Part shown: positions 42,644 through 52,815 of the stretch, one piece after another
Position numbering within the stretch: position 1 is the first letter of the stretch
Layout: every line of letters begins with the position of its first letter
DNA from: Escherichia coli
GTDB lineage: Bacteria > Pseudomonadota > Gammaproteobacteria > Enterobacterales > Enterobacteriaceae
Direction: 5' to 3' (one strand)
Length of the DNA stretch: 64,000 nt
NCBI RefSeq assembly: GCF_003991155.1
Contig: NZ_CP031297.1
The notes under the pieces: generated by a model
Seen by the model: the letters and a program-made list of their open reading frames with translations, nothing else
Database searches by the model: none
Told to the model about the DNA's origin: nothing
Program-made: the position numbers and the translations under genes

Positions 42644-45616
42644 ATGCTGAAAGCCCTTAACAAGTTATTTGGTGGGCGAAGTGGAGTGATCGAGACCGCG
42701 CCGAGCGTCAGAGTGTTGCCGCTTAAAGACGTGGAAGATGAAGAAATCCCTCGATACCCACCTTTTGCCAAGGGCCTGCCAGTGGCCCCACTAGACAAGA
42801 TACTGGCAACCCAAGCTGAACTGATTGAGAAAGTGCGGAACTCTCTCGGTTTCACTGTGGACGACTTCAACCGGCTTGTTTTGCCGGTGATCCAGCGGTA
42901 TGCCGCGTTTGTTCACCTGTTGCCAGCTTCCGAATCACACCACCACCGTGGCGCTGGTGGTCTGTTCCGACATGGGCTTGAAGTGGCCTTCTGGGCAGCT
43001 CAGGCATCTGAGTCAGTTATCTTTTCCATCGAGGGGACGCCTCGTGAACGCCGTGACAATGAGCCGCGTTGGAGACTGGCGAGCTGTTTCTCCGGGCTGC
43101 TGCATGATGTGGGTAAACCGCTCTCGGATGTGTCCATTACGGACAAAGACGGGTCAATCACATGGAACCCGTATTCGGAGTCACTTCATGACTGGGCACA
43201 CCGTCACGAAATCGACCGTTACTTTATCCGGTGGCGCGACAAGCGACACAAAAGACATGAGCAATTCTCGCTGCTGGCGGTGGATCGAATTATTCCGGCT
43301 GAGACTCGGGAGTTTCTGTCCAAGTCTGGCCCGTCCATCATGGAAGCGATGCTGGAAGCTATCTCAGGAACCAGCGTCAATCAGCCTGTGACCAAGCTGA
43401 TGCTTCGCGCTGACCAAGAGAGCGTCTCACGGGACCTTCGCCAGAGTCGTCTCGATGTGGACGAGTTCTCCTATGGTGTGCCTGTCGAGCGGTACGTGTT
43501 CGATGCCATCCGCCGCCTGGTTAAAACCGGAAAATGGAAGGTCAATGAGCCAGGCGCGAAAGTCTGGCACCTCAACCAAGGTGTATTCATTGCCTGGAAA
43601 CAGCTTGGGGACCTTTATGACTTGATCAGCCACGACAAGATCCCCGGTATTCCACGAGACCCTGACACACTGGCCGACATTCTCATCGAACGTGGTTTTG
43701 CTGTACCAAACACGGTGCAGGAGAAGGGTGAACGTGCGTACTACCGCTACTGGGAAGTTTTGCCTGAGATGCTCCAGGAGGCGGCGGGATCGGTGAAGAT
43801 CTTGATGCTCCGACTCGAATCAAACGACCTGGTGTTTACGACTGAGCCTCCTGCGGCTGTTGCTGCGGAAGTTGTTGGTGATGTTGAGGACGCTGAGATT
43901 GAGTTCGTTGATCCTGAGGAAGTCGATGACGACCAAGAGGAAGATGTGTCAGCTCTGAACGATGACATGTTGGCCGCAGAGCAGGAAGCAGAGAAAGCTC
44001 TAGCTGGTCTTGGCTTTGGTGATGCGATGGAGATGCTGAAAAGCACCTCAGATGCTGTCGAGGAGAAACCAGAGCAAAAAGATGCTGGATCAACGGAATC
44101 ATCTAAGCCTGACGCTGGCAAGAAGGGTAAGCCGCAGAGCAAACCGGGCAAAGCAAAACCGAAGAGTGATACAGAGAAACAACCCCACAAACCAGAGGCA
44201 AAAGAGGATTTGTCCCCTCAGGACATTGCCAAAAACGCACCACCTTTGGCAAACGACAATCCGTTACAAGCACTCAAGGATGTTGGGGGTGGACTGGGGG
44301 ACATCGACTTTCCGTTTGACGCATTCAGCGCATCGGCAGAGACAGCCAGCACTGACGCAACAAACTCAGAAATCCCAGATGTGGCAATGCCCGGAAAGCA
44401 AGAGAAGCAGCCAAAACAGGACTTCGTTCCACAAGAACAAAACTCCCTGCAGGGCGATGACTTTCCAATGTTCGGTAGTTCTGATGAACCGCCATCATGG
44501 GCGATTGAGCCGCTCCCTATGCTGACTGACGCACCAGAACAAACAACACCAGCGCCAGCAATGCCACCTACGGACAAACCTAATCTGCATGAGAAAGACG
44601 CAAAGACCTTACTCGTTGAGATGTTAGCCGGGTACGGAGAAGCATCGGCGTTGCTTGAACAAGCGATCATGCCTGTTTTGGAAGGTAAAACGACGCTGGG
44701 CGAAGTCCTATGCCTGATGAAGGGTCAAGCCGTCATTTTGTACCCGGATGGCGCTCGGTCGCTGGGTGCGCCGTCAGAGGTTCTCTCGAAGCTGTCCCAC
44801 GCCAACGCGATTGTTCCAGACCCGATTATGCCAGGTCGCAAAGTTCGTGATTTCAGCGGAGTGAAGGCAATTGTACTGGCGGAGCAGCTTTCAGATGCAG
44901 TCGTAGCGGCCATTAAGGATGCCGAGGCGTCAATGGGGGGATACCAGGATGCCTTTGAGCTCGTCTCTCCCCCTGGCTTGGATGCAAGCAAGAATAAGTC
45001 TGCACCGAAACAACAAAGCCGAAAAAAGGCGCAGCAGCAGAAGCCTGAGGTTAACGCCGGTAAACCCTCGCCTGAACAAAAGGCGAAAGGTAAGGACTCC
45101 CAGCCACAGCAGAAGGAGAAGAAGGTCGATGTTACTTCTCCGGTTGAAGAGCCGCAGCGCCAGCCGGTCCAAGAAAAACAGAACGTGGCTCGCCTTCCTA
45201 AGCGGGAGGTTCAACCAGTGGCTCCTGAGCCCAAAGTTGAGCGTGAGAAGGAATTGGGACACGTCGAGGTGCGAGAAAGGGAAGAGCCAGAGGTTAGGGA
45301 GTTTGAGCCGCCTAAGGCGAAAACAAACCCGAAAGACATCAACGCGGAAGATTTCTTGCCGTCTGGTGTTACGCCTCAGAAAGCACTCCAGATGCTCAAG
45401 GACATGATCCAAAAACGCTCGGGCAGATGGCTCGTGACACCTGTCCTGGAAGAGGATGGCTGCTTAGTAACCAGTGACAAAGCCTTCGACATGATTGCCG
45501 GTGAAAACATCGGCATCAGCAAACACATCCTCTGCGGGATGCTGAGCCGGGCACAGAGACGGCCTTTGCTCAAGAAACGTCAGGGAAAACTGTATTTAGA
45601 GGTAAATGAAACATGA
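42644..45616 (+). CDS. traI: MOB_H-family conjugative relaxase (TraI, HD-domain type)
   Basis: 990 aa; HD-type metal motif HHHRGAGGLFRHGLEV near N-terminus; long acidic/Lys-rich linker; stop overlaps traD start. Confidence 0.8.
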   Translation: MLKALNKLFGGRSGVIETAPSVRVLPLKDVEDEEIPRYPPFAKGLPVAPLDKILATQAELIEKVRNSLGFTVDDFNRLVLPVIQRYAAFVHLLPASESHHHRGAGGLFRHGLEVAFWAAQASESVIFSIEGTPRERRDNEPRWRLASCFSGLLHDVGKPLSDVSITDKDGSITWNPYSESLHDWAHRHEIDRYFIRWRDKRHKRHEQFSLLAVDRIIPAETREFLSKSGPSIMEAMLEAISGTSVNQPVTKLMLRADQESVSRDLRQSRLDVDEFSYGVPVERYVFDAIRRLVKTGKWKVNEPGAKVWHLNQGVFIAWKQLGDLYDLISHDKIPGIPRDPDTLADILIERGFAVPNTVQEKGERAYYRYWEVLPEMLQEAAGSVKILMLRLESNDLVFTTEPPAAVAAEVVGDVEDAEIEFVDPEEVDDDQEEDVSALNDDMLAAEQEAEKALAGLGFGDAMEMLKSTSDAVEEKPEQKDAGSTESSKPDAGKKGKPQSKPGKAKPKSDTEKQPHKPEAKEDLSPQDIAKNAPPLANDNPLQALKDVGGGLGDIDFPFDAFSASAETASTDATNSEIPDVAMPGKQEKQPKQDFVPQEQNSLQGDDFPMFGSSDEPPSWAIEPLPMLTDAPEQTTPAPAMPPTDKPNLHEKDAKTLLVEMLAGYGEASALLEQAIMPVLEGKTTLGEVLCLMKGQAVILYPDGARSLGAPSEVLSKLSHANAIVPDPIMPGRKVRDFSGVKAIVLAEQLSDAVVAAIKDAEASMGGYQDAFELVSPPGLDASKNKSAPKQQSRKKAQQQKPEVNAGKPSPEQKAKGKDSQPQQKEKKVDVTSPVEEPQRQPVQEKQNVARLPKREVQPVAPEPKVEREKELGHVEVREREEPEVREFEPPKAKTNPKDINAEDFLPSGVTPQKALQMLKDMIQKRSGRWLVTPVLEEDGCLVTSDKAFDMIAGENIGISKHILCGMLSRAQRRPLLKKRQGKLYLEVNET

Positions 45617-47478
45617 CAATGAGTTATGACCCGCTCGCCTACGAGATGCCGTGGCGGCCCAACTATGAAAAAAATGCTGTAGCAGGCTGGCTTGCCGCCT
45701 CCGGCGCGGCTTTGGCCGTAGAGCAAGTCAGCACGATGCCTCCGGAGCCCTTCTATTGGATGACGGGGATCTGTGGCGTGATGGCGATGGCTCGTTTGCC
45801 AAAGGCTATCAAACTTCACCTGCTCCAAAAGCATTTGAAGGGGCGTGATCTGGAGTTTATTTCTATTGCGGAGCTCCAAAAGTACATCAAGGACACGCCG
45901 GACGATATGTGGCTTGGTAGTGGGTTCCTGTGGGAAAACCGCCATGCCCAGCGCGTGTTTGAGATCCTGAAACGCGACTGGACTTCCATCGTAGGGAGAG
46001 AGTCCACGGTCAAAAAGGTTGTCCGGAAGATACAGGGTAAGAAAAAGGAGCTGCCAATCGGCCAGCCCTGGATTCACGGGGTAGAACCCAAAGAAGAGAA
46101 GCTGATGCAGCCACTCAAGCACACTGAGGGGCATTCGCTGATCGTTGGGACCACCGGCTCGGGCAAGACCCGTATGTTCGACATCCTGATTTCACAGGCC
46201 ATTCTGCGTGGGGAAGCCGTGATCATCATAGACCCGAAAGGGGATAAGGAGATGCGGGACAATGCACGACGTGCCTGTGAAGCTATGGGGCAGCCGGAAA
46301 GATTCGTCTCATTTCATCCAGCATTCCCGGAAGAGTCGGTGCGTATCGACCCTCTGCGTAACTTCACCCGCGTGACTGAAATTGCAAGTCGTTTGGCAGC
46401 GTTGATCCCGTCCGAAGCAGGGGCCGACCCGTTCAAATCATTTGGATGGCAGGCACTGAACAACATCGCTCAGGGCTTGGTCATCACTCATGATCGTCCC
46501 AACCTGACAAAGCTCCGCCGATTCCTTGAAGGTGGCGCTGCTGGCTTGGTCATCAAGGCCGTTCAGGCTTACTCAGAGCGAGTTATGCCCGACTGGGAGG
46601 CAGAAGCAGCGGCTTATTTGGAGAAAGTCAAAAACGGTTCGCGTGAGAAGATCGCTTTCGCGTTGATGAAGTTCTACTACGACATCATCCAACCTGAGCA
46701 CCCAAACTCTGATCTGGAAGGCTTGCTGTCGATGTTCCAGCACGACCAAACCCACTTCTCCAAGATGGTGGCGAACCTCCTGCCGATCATGAATATGCTG
46801 ACGTCCGGGGAGCTAGGCCCTCTGCTGTCTCCAGACTCATCTGATCTGAGCGACGAACGCCAGATCACTGATTCCGCAAAAATCATCAACAACGCTCAAG
46901 TTGCTTATCTGGGGCTCGACTCCCTGACCGACAACATGGTTGGTAGTGCTATGGGGTCCATCTTCCTGTCAGACCTGACAGCGGTTGCCGGTGACAGATA
47001 CAACTACGGCGTCAACAACAGACCCGTAAATATCTTTGTTGATGAGGCTGCTGAGGTGATCAACGACCCGTTCATCCAGCTCCTGAACAAAGGTCGCGGT
47101 GCGAAACTTCGTCTTTTCGTTGCAACTCAGACTTTTGCTGACTTCGCAGCTCGACTGGGTAGCAAAGACAAAGCGCTCCAAGTGTTGGGGAACATCAACA
47201 ACACGTTTGCTCTGCGTATCGTCGATGGTGAAACACAGGAGTATATCGCAGATAACTTGCCGAAGACCCGGCTCAAGTACGTCATGCGGACTCAAGGCCA
47301 GAACTCGGATGGCAAGGAGCCCATTATGCACGGAGGCAACCAAGGCGAGCGTTTGATGGAGGAGGAAGCTGATCTGTTCCCAGCCCAGTTATTGGGAATG
47401 CTTCCGAACCTGGAATACATAGCCAAAATTTCAGGCGGAACAATCGTAAAAGGCCGTCTGCCCATATTGACCCAGTAA
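45613..47478 (+). CDS. traD: type IV coupling protein (TraD/VirD4-like)
   Basis: 621 aa; two N-terminal TM helices, Walker A GTTGSGKTR, Walker B IFVDEAAE. Confidence 0.85.
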   Translation: MTMSYDPLAYEMPWRPNYEKNAVAGWLAASGAALAVEQVSTMPPEPFYWMTGICGVMAMARLPKAIKLHLLQKHLKGRDLEFISIAELQKYIKDTPDDMWLGSGFLWENRHAQRVFEILKRDWTSIVGRESTVKKVVRKIQGKKKELPIGQPWIHGVEPKEEKLMQPLKHTEGHSLIVGTTGSGKTRMFDILISQAILRGEAVIIIDPKGDKEMRDNARRACEAMGQPERFVSFHPAFPEESVRIDPLRNFTRVTEIASRLAALIPSEAGADPFKSFGWQALNNIAQGLVITHDRPNLTKLRRFLEGGAAGLVIKAVQAYSERVMPDWEAEAAAYLEKVKNGSREKIAFALMKFYYDIIQPEHPNSDLEGLLSMFQHDQTHFSKMVANLLPIMNMLTSGELGPLLSPDSSDLSDERQITDSAKIINNAQVAYLGLDSLTDNMVGSAMGSIFLSDLTAVAGDRYNYGVNNRPVNIFVDEAAEVINDPFIQLLNKGRGAKLRLFVATQTFADFAARLGSKDKALQVLGNINNTFALRIVDGETQEYIADNLPKTRLKYVMRTQGQNSDGKEPIMHGGNQGERLMEEEADLFPAQLLGMLPNLEYIAKISGGTIVKGRLPILTQ

Positions 47479-47488
47479 GAGCAGAGCT

Positions 47489-48073
47489 ATGTGTGACAAG
47501 AAGTATAGAAATTACGAGGTAGCCATCATGGTCGATGTGAACCCTTTCGACAGGGTTATGAATGAATTGAAAAGTCGTGGCCGCAAGAACGCTCACATCC
47601 TGAGCATCCTCCAATTCGACTGGCCTGCATCGGAGGCCATCATCGAGAAGCTGAGCTGCTACATCACAGACGGGATTAAGGCTAATCAGGAGCCTGTGAT
47701 TTACCCGATCATTGAAGAAGCTCTGCATCGCTACAGCCAGCTCGTGTTTCATGAGCAGAGAGAGAAATATGAAGACCCGGCCAGAATTGGGGCATTTCTG
47801 GAAACCCTGATCACCGAAACCTGCCGGGCGTTGGAAGTGCAAATTGTCGATAGTGGCGGTGATTCATGGTCTGTCGATTCAGGAGAGTCGTTCTCACTGT
47901 GGCTTTCTTCCCATCCAGGAGAACTATCCATTAACCCGCAGCCCCATGAGGATGAGACCTCTTTGCGTGGCTTGCTGTATGAGCTCATCACCTGTGAGAG
48001 CGTGAAAACTGTTTTAAGGAGAACCGACTATGAAGAAGCCGTGGTTGCTGGTCGCATGGCTGCTGGTTATTGA
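47489..48073 (+). CDS. hypothetical protein in transfer region
   Basis: 194-aa ORF. Confidence 0.4.
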   Translation: MCDKKYRNYEVAIMVDVNPFDRVMNELKSRGRKNAHILSILQFDWPASEAIIEKLSCYITDGIKANQEPVIYPIIEEALHRYSQLVFHEQREKYEDPARIGAFLETLITETCRALEVQIVDSGGDSWSVDSGESFSLWLSSHPGELSINPQPHEDETSLRGLLYELITCESVKTVLRRTDYEEAVVAGRMAAGY

Positions 48074-48659
48074 GTTGCTGGCAATATTGCTGCTGATCCC
48101 TGGCGACTGGACAGACAGAGCCATCAAAAGGGAATCCGAGCTGGTGGAACAGAGTCTTGGTGTCGAAGCAAGAGACTGGATACAGAACAAAGCATCTACC
48201 TGGTTCAGGTCGAGCGTTATTGATTCAGGATTCTATGAGGGGATGTACCAAACGCTGATCCCATCAGAAGAGGAGCGCCAGAAGTCCAAGGGGATGCAGG
48301 ACATGGGCAAGGGCTGGTTTGTGTGGGTCAAAGGCCGCATGGAAGCCTTTGTCAACGTCATTTACCAGTTCTACACAAGGTTGGCACTGTTAGCCGCGTG
48401 GGCTCCCTATATGCTGATCCTGTTCGTACCTGCGGTATATGACGGGATGATGACATGGCGAATTAAGCGGACCAACTTCGATTATGCGAGTCCGGTTCTC
48501 CATCGTTACAGCGTTCGCGGAACGATGTACCTGATGGCCGGATTGTTCATCGCGTTCTTCATCCCCATAGCGCTCGATCCGGTTGTCATCCCGATGACAA
48601 TGATGACGTGCTGTGTCCTGGTTGGCCTGACGTTCGGCAACCTCCAGAAACGGGTATAG
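48030..48659 (+). CDS. T4SS-associated inner-membrane protein
   Basis: 209 aa, multiple TM helices, RBS GGAG. Confidence 0.45.
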   Translation: MKKPWLLVAWLLVIELLAILLLIPGDWTDRAIKRESELVEQSLGVEARDWIQNKASTWFRSSVIDSGFYEGMYQTLIPSEEERQKSKGMQDMGKGWFVWVKGRMEAFVNVIYQFYTRLALLAAWAPYMLILFVPAVYDGMMTWRIKRTNFDYASPVLHRYSVRGTMYLMAGLFIAFFIPIALDPVVIPMTMMTCCVLVGLTFGNLQKRV

Positions 48660-48668
48660 GGAGGGAGG

Positions 48669-49115
48669 ATGAGCTACTCCGTTATAAATCAAGATGGGGT
48701 GCATCTGTGCGACATCCCATTGAACGTCTACCAGGTGATACGTCGCCAATCCTTGTCTGCGTTGTGGCTTTACTGGGCGCAGAGCTTGAATTTGGTGAAG
48801 GTGCTCATTGCTTGCGTCGGAAAGATGATCTTTGTGATGCCGGTAATGTGGTTCTGGGTGCTGGTGGTGTGCCGCTTGGTTGAACCAGAACGTATCTCAG
48901 ACGTGTCAGGACTTATCTCTCCGGACGTGATCGGGTGGGCCGCTGGTGCGGCCATCACCCTCATTATCTTTTCCGTATTTACACGCCCAGCGTTGTACGG
49001 ATACCACAACTTTTTCAAGCAGCATATTTGCTCAAGAGTAAAGCAAGTAACGCCGGAACTCAGAACAGTCACTGGGCCACTGTTCTTTTACCGAAACGAA
49101 ATTGGAACGATATAG
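48669..49115 (+). CDS. T4SS-associated membrane protein
   Basis: 148 aa, hydrophobic. Confidence 0.45.
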   Translation: MSYSVINQDGVHLCDIPLNVYQVIRRQSLSALWLYWAQSLNLVKVLIACVGKMIFVMPVMWFWVLVVCRLVEPERISDVSGLISPDVIGWAAGAAITLIIFSVFTRPALYGYHNFFKQHICSRVKQVTPELRTVTGPLFFYRNEIGTI

Positions 49116-49124
49116 AGAGGAACC

Positions 49125-49502
49125 ATGAAAGTAACTAATAGACTCCAACTGCTGGCACTGGGGCTGTGTATAGCCGGTACTGCCATCGCGGCTCCTGATG
49201 TGCTCAATGACGACGCAAAGCTCAAGAACCTTGAGAAGGTGTGTCCCGACTGTCAGATGGTGGCAAAAGATGTACTCAATCTGCGGGTTGAAAACTGCCA
49301 GCTCAAAGACACTTCCAGTGCAATGATGATTGGCACCATGCAAAATGACCCTATGTTTTCGTTTATGCTGGCTGTACACACAGCGGCAGGCTCGGAGGCA
49401 TACAAAACGGTAGTTGGTGCCGCTGGCAACCATGTTGACTGTGAAAACCCGTTGAACTGGATCAAGCTGACCCAGCAAGCGATTAAAGGTGGCAAAGTCT
49501 AA
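49125..49502 (+). CDS. secreted Cys-containing protein in transfer region
   Basis: 125 aa; signal peptide MKVTNRLQLLALGLCIAGTAIA. Confidence 0.45.
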   Translation: MKVTNRLQLLALGLCIAGTAIAAPDVLNDDAKLKNLEKVCPDCQMVAKDVLNLRVENCQLKDTSSAMMIGTMQNDPMFSFMLAVHTAAGSEAYKTVVGAAGNHVDCENPLNWIKLTQQAIKGGKV

Positions 49503-50164
49503 TGCGTAAGAGAGATTTCTTTTTTGGAGAGGTGTATGAGGGGAGTGGAGGAGCCACTCTACGACTGAGTGATATGGAACCATTGGCAAGAAAAGTGTCG
49601 GCAGAGTTCTTCACTGCACAACTGAACCGTATACTGAAAGAGCATGACGGTCAGTTGACGCTCAGCGATGGAACGTCGTACCCCAGCTTTTGGAGCTTCA
49701 TCGACAAGGTTGATCCAGAGCAGGTTGGTTTCGTGGAGATCTACGCTCGGCAGGATGTTAACGATAATGTTGAAGCGACACTGGCGTGTGACATCGTTTT
49801 GGTAAATGGTGTGATCACCGTTAAACCTCACTGGTGTGCTTACAAAGACATCAGGGCTGACGAAGTGATTTCCACCTTACTGGTGCCTTTGCATTTGAAG
49901 GCTCTCCAGGGTAAGGCTTACATTCGCTGGGATGATGGTGAAACCGAACCTCTGTTACAAAACGACGACTATCAGGCTGAACTTGAAAATGTGTTTAGTG
50001 TTTCCAAGTACCCATCAGCCATGAGCTGGGGCGATACAGCAGACCAGAAGGTTAAGCAGTACAAGATGGACCTTGAGTGCGCCACAGATGTTGGTCGTCG
50101 AGGTGTCTCATCAGAGCAAGCATGGGATGCTTATCGAGAACTCCGTTACAATAGAACAGTGTGA
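49502..50164 (+). CDS. hypothetical protein
   Basis: 220-aa ORF. Confidence 0.4.
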   Translation: MRKRDFFFGEVYEGSGGATLRLSDMEPLARKVSAEFFTAQLNRILKEHDGQLTLSDGTSYPSFWSFIDKVDPEQVGFVEIYARQDVNDNVEATLACDIVLVNGVITVKPHWCAYKDIRADEVISTLLVPLHLKALQGKAYIRWDDGETEPLLQNDDYQAELENVFSVSKYPSAMSWGDTADQKVKQYKMDLECATDVGRRGVSSEQAWDAYRELRYNRTV

Positions 50165-50189
50165 AACAAGCGGCCATCGGCCGCTTTGA

Positions 50190-50207
50190 ACTTTCACATG
50201 TGAAAGT
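50190..50207. promoter_or_regulatory. parS-like 18-bp perfect palindrome ACTTTCACATGTGAAAGT
   Basis: Exact; intergenic ahead of T4SS operon. Confidence 0.6.
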
Positions 50208-50254
50208 TTTTCGCCTCCCGCTCTTATCATCTCCTCGAATAAACCTCCATAAAG

Positions 50255-50269
50255 TGCCCAAAATGGGCC
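50255..50269. promoter_or_regulatory. TGCCCAAAATGGGCC motif
   Basis: Third family copy upstream of T4SS genes. Confidence 0.4.
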
Positions 50270-50499
50270 GTAACAGCACTGTTCCTAGATTGATCAATTA
50301 AGAGACGATTACTCCGTGATGACGACAAGTTATTTGGAGGGTCTATGTCCGCACAAGCTCACGTCAGAGAAAGCGAAAGCTCATCTGGTTCATTCATCTC
50401 CTGGCAGTTCCTTGTCTGGCAGGTGATGTTCGTTATAGGTGTTGTTGCAGGGATGAACCTGGAACACGCATTCAATTTTCTAGGTTAATGGGAGGAAGT

Positions 50500-50865
50500 G
50501 TGAACCTTAATAAACAATTTTTCTGGTTTTTGATGAACGCGGTGCTGATGTGCATCTTCATCGTTCCAGTGGCCGTCGCGTTTTGGCTGTCTGCTTTTGC
50601 GGCAGGTTTTGACTGGAGTCAGTGGGTTAAGTTGGCTGCTGATACGGCCAACAGAGCTGCAAGTGACCCGGCCAAGGCTCTGGGCACGGTTCAGACCTAC
50701 TGGGGCATTCTCAGCTTCTTCCTGCTGGCGGCGTACAGTCTGATGTTCAAGTTTAAAGCCAATGCTAACAAGGAAGTGAAAACTCTGGAGGTGGCCCGAC
50801 CAGCCAATGAAGTTAGCGTTGCGGCTTCGGAAAAACATTCGGAAGCGGTTCCTCAAAATCAATAA
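50500..50865 (+). CDS. membrane protein (GTG start)
   Basis: ~121 aa; RBS GGAGG; 2-3 TM helices. Confidence 0.4.
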   Translation: MNLNKQFFWFLMNAVLMCIFIVPVAVAFWLSAFAAGFDWSQWVKLAADTANRAASDPAKALGTVQTYWGILSFFLLAAYSLMFKFKANANKEVKTLEVARPANEVSVAASEKHSEAVPQNQ

Positions 50866-50881
50866 CCGATCCAGTAAACGC

Positions 50882-50911
50882 AAAAAAGGCGGCTTAGGCC
50901 GCCTTTTTTTA
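50882..50911 (+). terminator. rho-independent terminator
   Basis: GGCGGC-TTAG-GCCGCC hairpin followed by T7. Confidence 0.65.
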
Positions 50912-50924
50912 TTTGTCGCTGGAA

Positions 50925-50940
50925 GTGCCCGAAAAGGGCG
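50925..50940. promoter_or_regulatory. GTGCCCGAAAAGGGCG motif (third family variant)
   Basis: Upstream of ORF 51010. Confidence 0.35.
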
Positions 50941-51009
50941 CGAAGCCGTGGCAGAAAATCAGTGACCCTGAATGAGAATACAGGCCACTAGGAAAAGAAG
51001 AGGGTTGCT

Positions 51010-51291
51010 ATGAAGCCTGTAAAGATACCGCGCCGGGTCGATGAGCCCCCGCATCTGCTGTTGTGGAGCGCAGATGAGTTGGCCCCGATGCTTTTGGGGC
51101 TAACGATAGGGGTCATCATCGGTAAGGCTCTGATCTGCTTTCTGGGGGGGTTACTTGTAACCAACCTTTATCGCCGATTCAGGGATAACCATCCGGATGG
51201 ATACCTGCTCCACATGATCTACTGGGCCGGGTTCATCATGACCAAGGCCAAATCTCTCAAGAACCCGTTTGTCCGGAGGTATTTGCCTTGA
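51010..51291 (+). CDS. small T4SS membrane protein (GI-type T4SS component)
   Basis: 93 aa; conserved position at head of MPF_G gene block. Confidence 0.5.
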   Translation: MKPVKIPRRVDEPPHLLLWSADELAPMLLGLTIGVIIGKALICFLGGLLVTNLYRRFRDNHPDGYLLHMIYWAGFIMTKAKSLKNPFVRRYLP

Positions 51292-51914
51292 ACCTGAAAA
51301 AGTATCTCAAGACCTGGGAAGGGACCCAAACAGAAAATAAGTGGGGGCGAATCTTCCAGGGTGGTCTTATTGCTATCGTTTTCCTGCTGGTGGTCCAAGT
51401 ATTCAGCAAGGAAACCATCGTCACTATCCAGCCTTTCACGCTCACGGAAGAAGCCTGGGTGACGAAAAGTAACGCCTCTCAGTCCTATAAAGAGGCTTGG
51501 GGTTTCGCTTTTGCTCAGCTCCTTGGCAATGTGACGCCAGGAACCGTTGACTTTGTGAAAGAACGGATCACCCCGCTTCTCTCCCCGAGCATCTATCAGG
51601 ACGTGATTGATGCCATCGAAATTCAAGCTCAACAGATCAAGAACGACCGCGTAACCATGCGGTTTGAGCCGCGTTTTGTTGAGTACGAGCCCAAGAGCGA
51701 CAAGGTGTTTGTCTACGGATATTCCTACGTCAAAGGGGCTTCTTCTAACGAAGAGCGTAGCGAACGCTCCTACGAGTTCGCCATCAAGATTTCAAACTAC
51801 GCGCCCGTGCTGGACTACATCGACACCTATGTAGGAAAGCCACGCACCAAAACTGTTTTGGAGCAACTCCAGCGCAAAGAAGAAAACCGGAGAAAGCATG
51901 AAGAACAACGCTAA
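51288..51914 (+). CDS. T4SS protein with N-terminal TM anchor (VirB8-position)
   Basis: 208 aa; translationally coupled. Confidence 0.5.
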   Translation: MNLKKYLKTWEGTQTENKWGRIFQGGLIAIVFLLVVQVFSKETIVTIQPFTLTEEAWVTKSNASQSYKEAWGFAFAQLLGNVTPGTVDFVKERITPLLSPSIYQDVIDAIEIQAQQIKNDRVTMRFEPRFVEYEPKSDKVFVYGYSYVKGASSNEERSERSYEFAIKISNYAPVLDYIDTYVGKPRTKTVLEQLQRKEENRRKHEEQR

Positions 51915-52815
51915 ACTTTCGCTCCTGGCGCTGTCCTTGGCGCTTGGAACTTCAATGGCCTATGCCTCGGATGACATTCCTGTTGTCCCGGCCAGTGTTA
52001 TGAAAAAGGATGTTCCTGCCCCTGTGACGTCAGGACAAAGCTCCCATGAGGTTGTGGGCAGCATGAATGAAAACCCCTTACTGACGATGAAGCCGGGGGT
52101 TAACCAGATCATCCCGATAGCCGTTGGTCATCCGAACCGAATCGTCACGCCTTTCAGCAATCCTGAGATCGTTTCAACATCTCTGACCGGGGCGACGGAT
52201 AACGGCCAGTGTGGTGAGGTCTGCATCAAAGAGAATGTGGTCTATGTCGCCACGGATAAGCAGTATCCGGTGACTATGTTCATTACTGAAAAAGGCTCGG
52301 AAGCCCAAGCTCTCAGCCTGACGATGGTTCCCCGTCGTATTCCGCCCAGAGAAGTCTTTCTCAAGCTCGATGGTGGTGTAGGTATCACTGGTGCTTTTGC
52401 CAATACCAAGGCTGAGACCTGGGAACAGAGCCAGCCTTATGTCGAAACCATCCGGTCGGTATTCCGCAAGATTGCTCTTGGTGAAGTCCCTCAAGGTTAC
52501 ACGTTGAACCGCATCCCTGCTGGTGCTGCGGTGCCGAGCTGCGCTCATCCTGGGGTAAAGGTGGATTTCAGCAAGGGGCAATACATGATGGGCCACCACC
52601 TTAACGTGTTCATCGGTGTCGCCCTGAACGTCTCTGATCAGCCTATTGAGTTCAAAGAGGCGTTGTGTGGGAGCTGGGATGTGGCTGCGGTGACTACGTG
52701 GCCGCTTAACGTGCTTGAGCCCGGCCAGAAGACGGAGATCTATGTGGCGAAGAAGCAGAAGCGTGGTCTCGCACCAACGTCTAAGCGTCCATCGCTGCTG
52801 GGAGGTGCCCAATGA
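51898..52815 (+). CDS. T4SS periplasmic protein with signal peptide (VirB9/TraK-position)
   Basis: 305 aa; signal peptide MKNNAKLSLLALSLALGTSMAYA. Confidence 0.5.
   Translation: MKNNAKLSLLALSLALGTSMAYASDDIPVVPASVMKKDVPAPVTSGQSSHEVVGSMNENPLLTMKPGVNQIIPIAVGHPNRIVTPFSNPEIVSTSLTGATDNGQCGEVCIKENVVYVATDKQYPVTMFITEKGSEAQALSLTMVPRRIPPREVFLKLDGGVGITGAFANTKAETWEQSQPYVETIRSVFRKIALGEVPQGYTLNRIPAGAAVPSCAHPGVKVDFSKGQYMMGHHLNVFIGVALNVSDQPIEFKEALCGSWDVAAVTTWPLNVLEPGQKTEIYVAKKQKRGLAPTSKRPSLLGGAQ

Noticed and set aside
43747-45412. Several minus- and alternate-frame ORFs (147-162 aa) inside traI
   Set aside because: Lie within the low-complexity acidic/Lys-rich linker of TraI; translations are compositionally biased artefacts.
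50344-50487. 47-aa hydrophobic ORF upstream of the first T4SS membrane protein
   Set aside because: Plausible small membrane protein but below the length where sequence alone is convincing.
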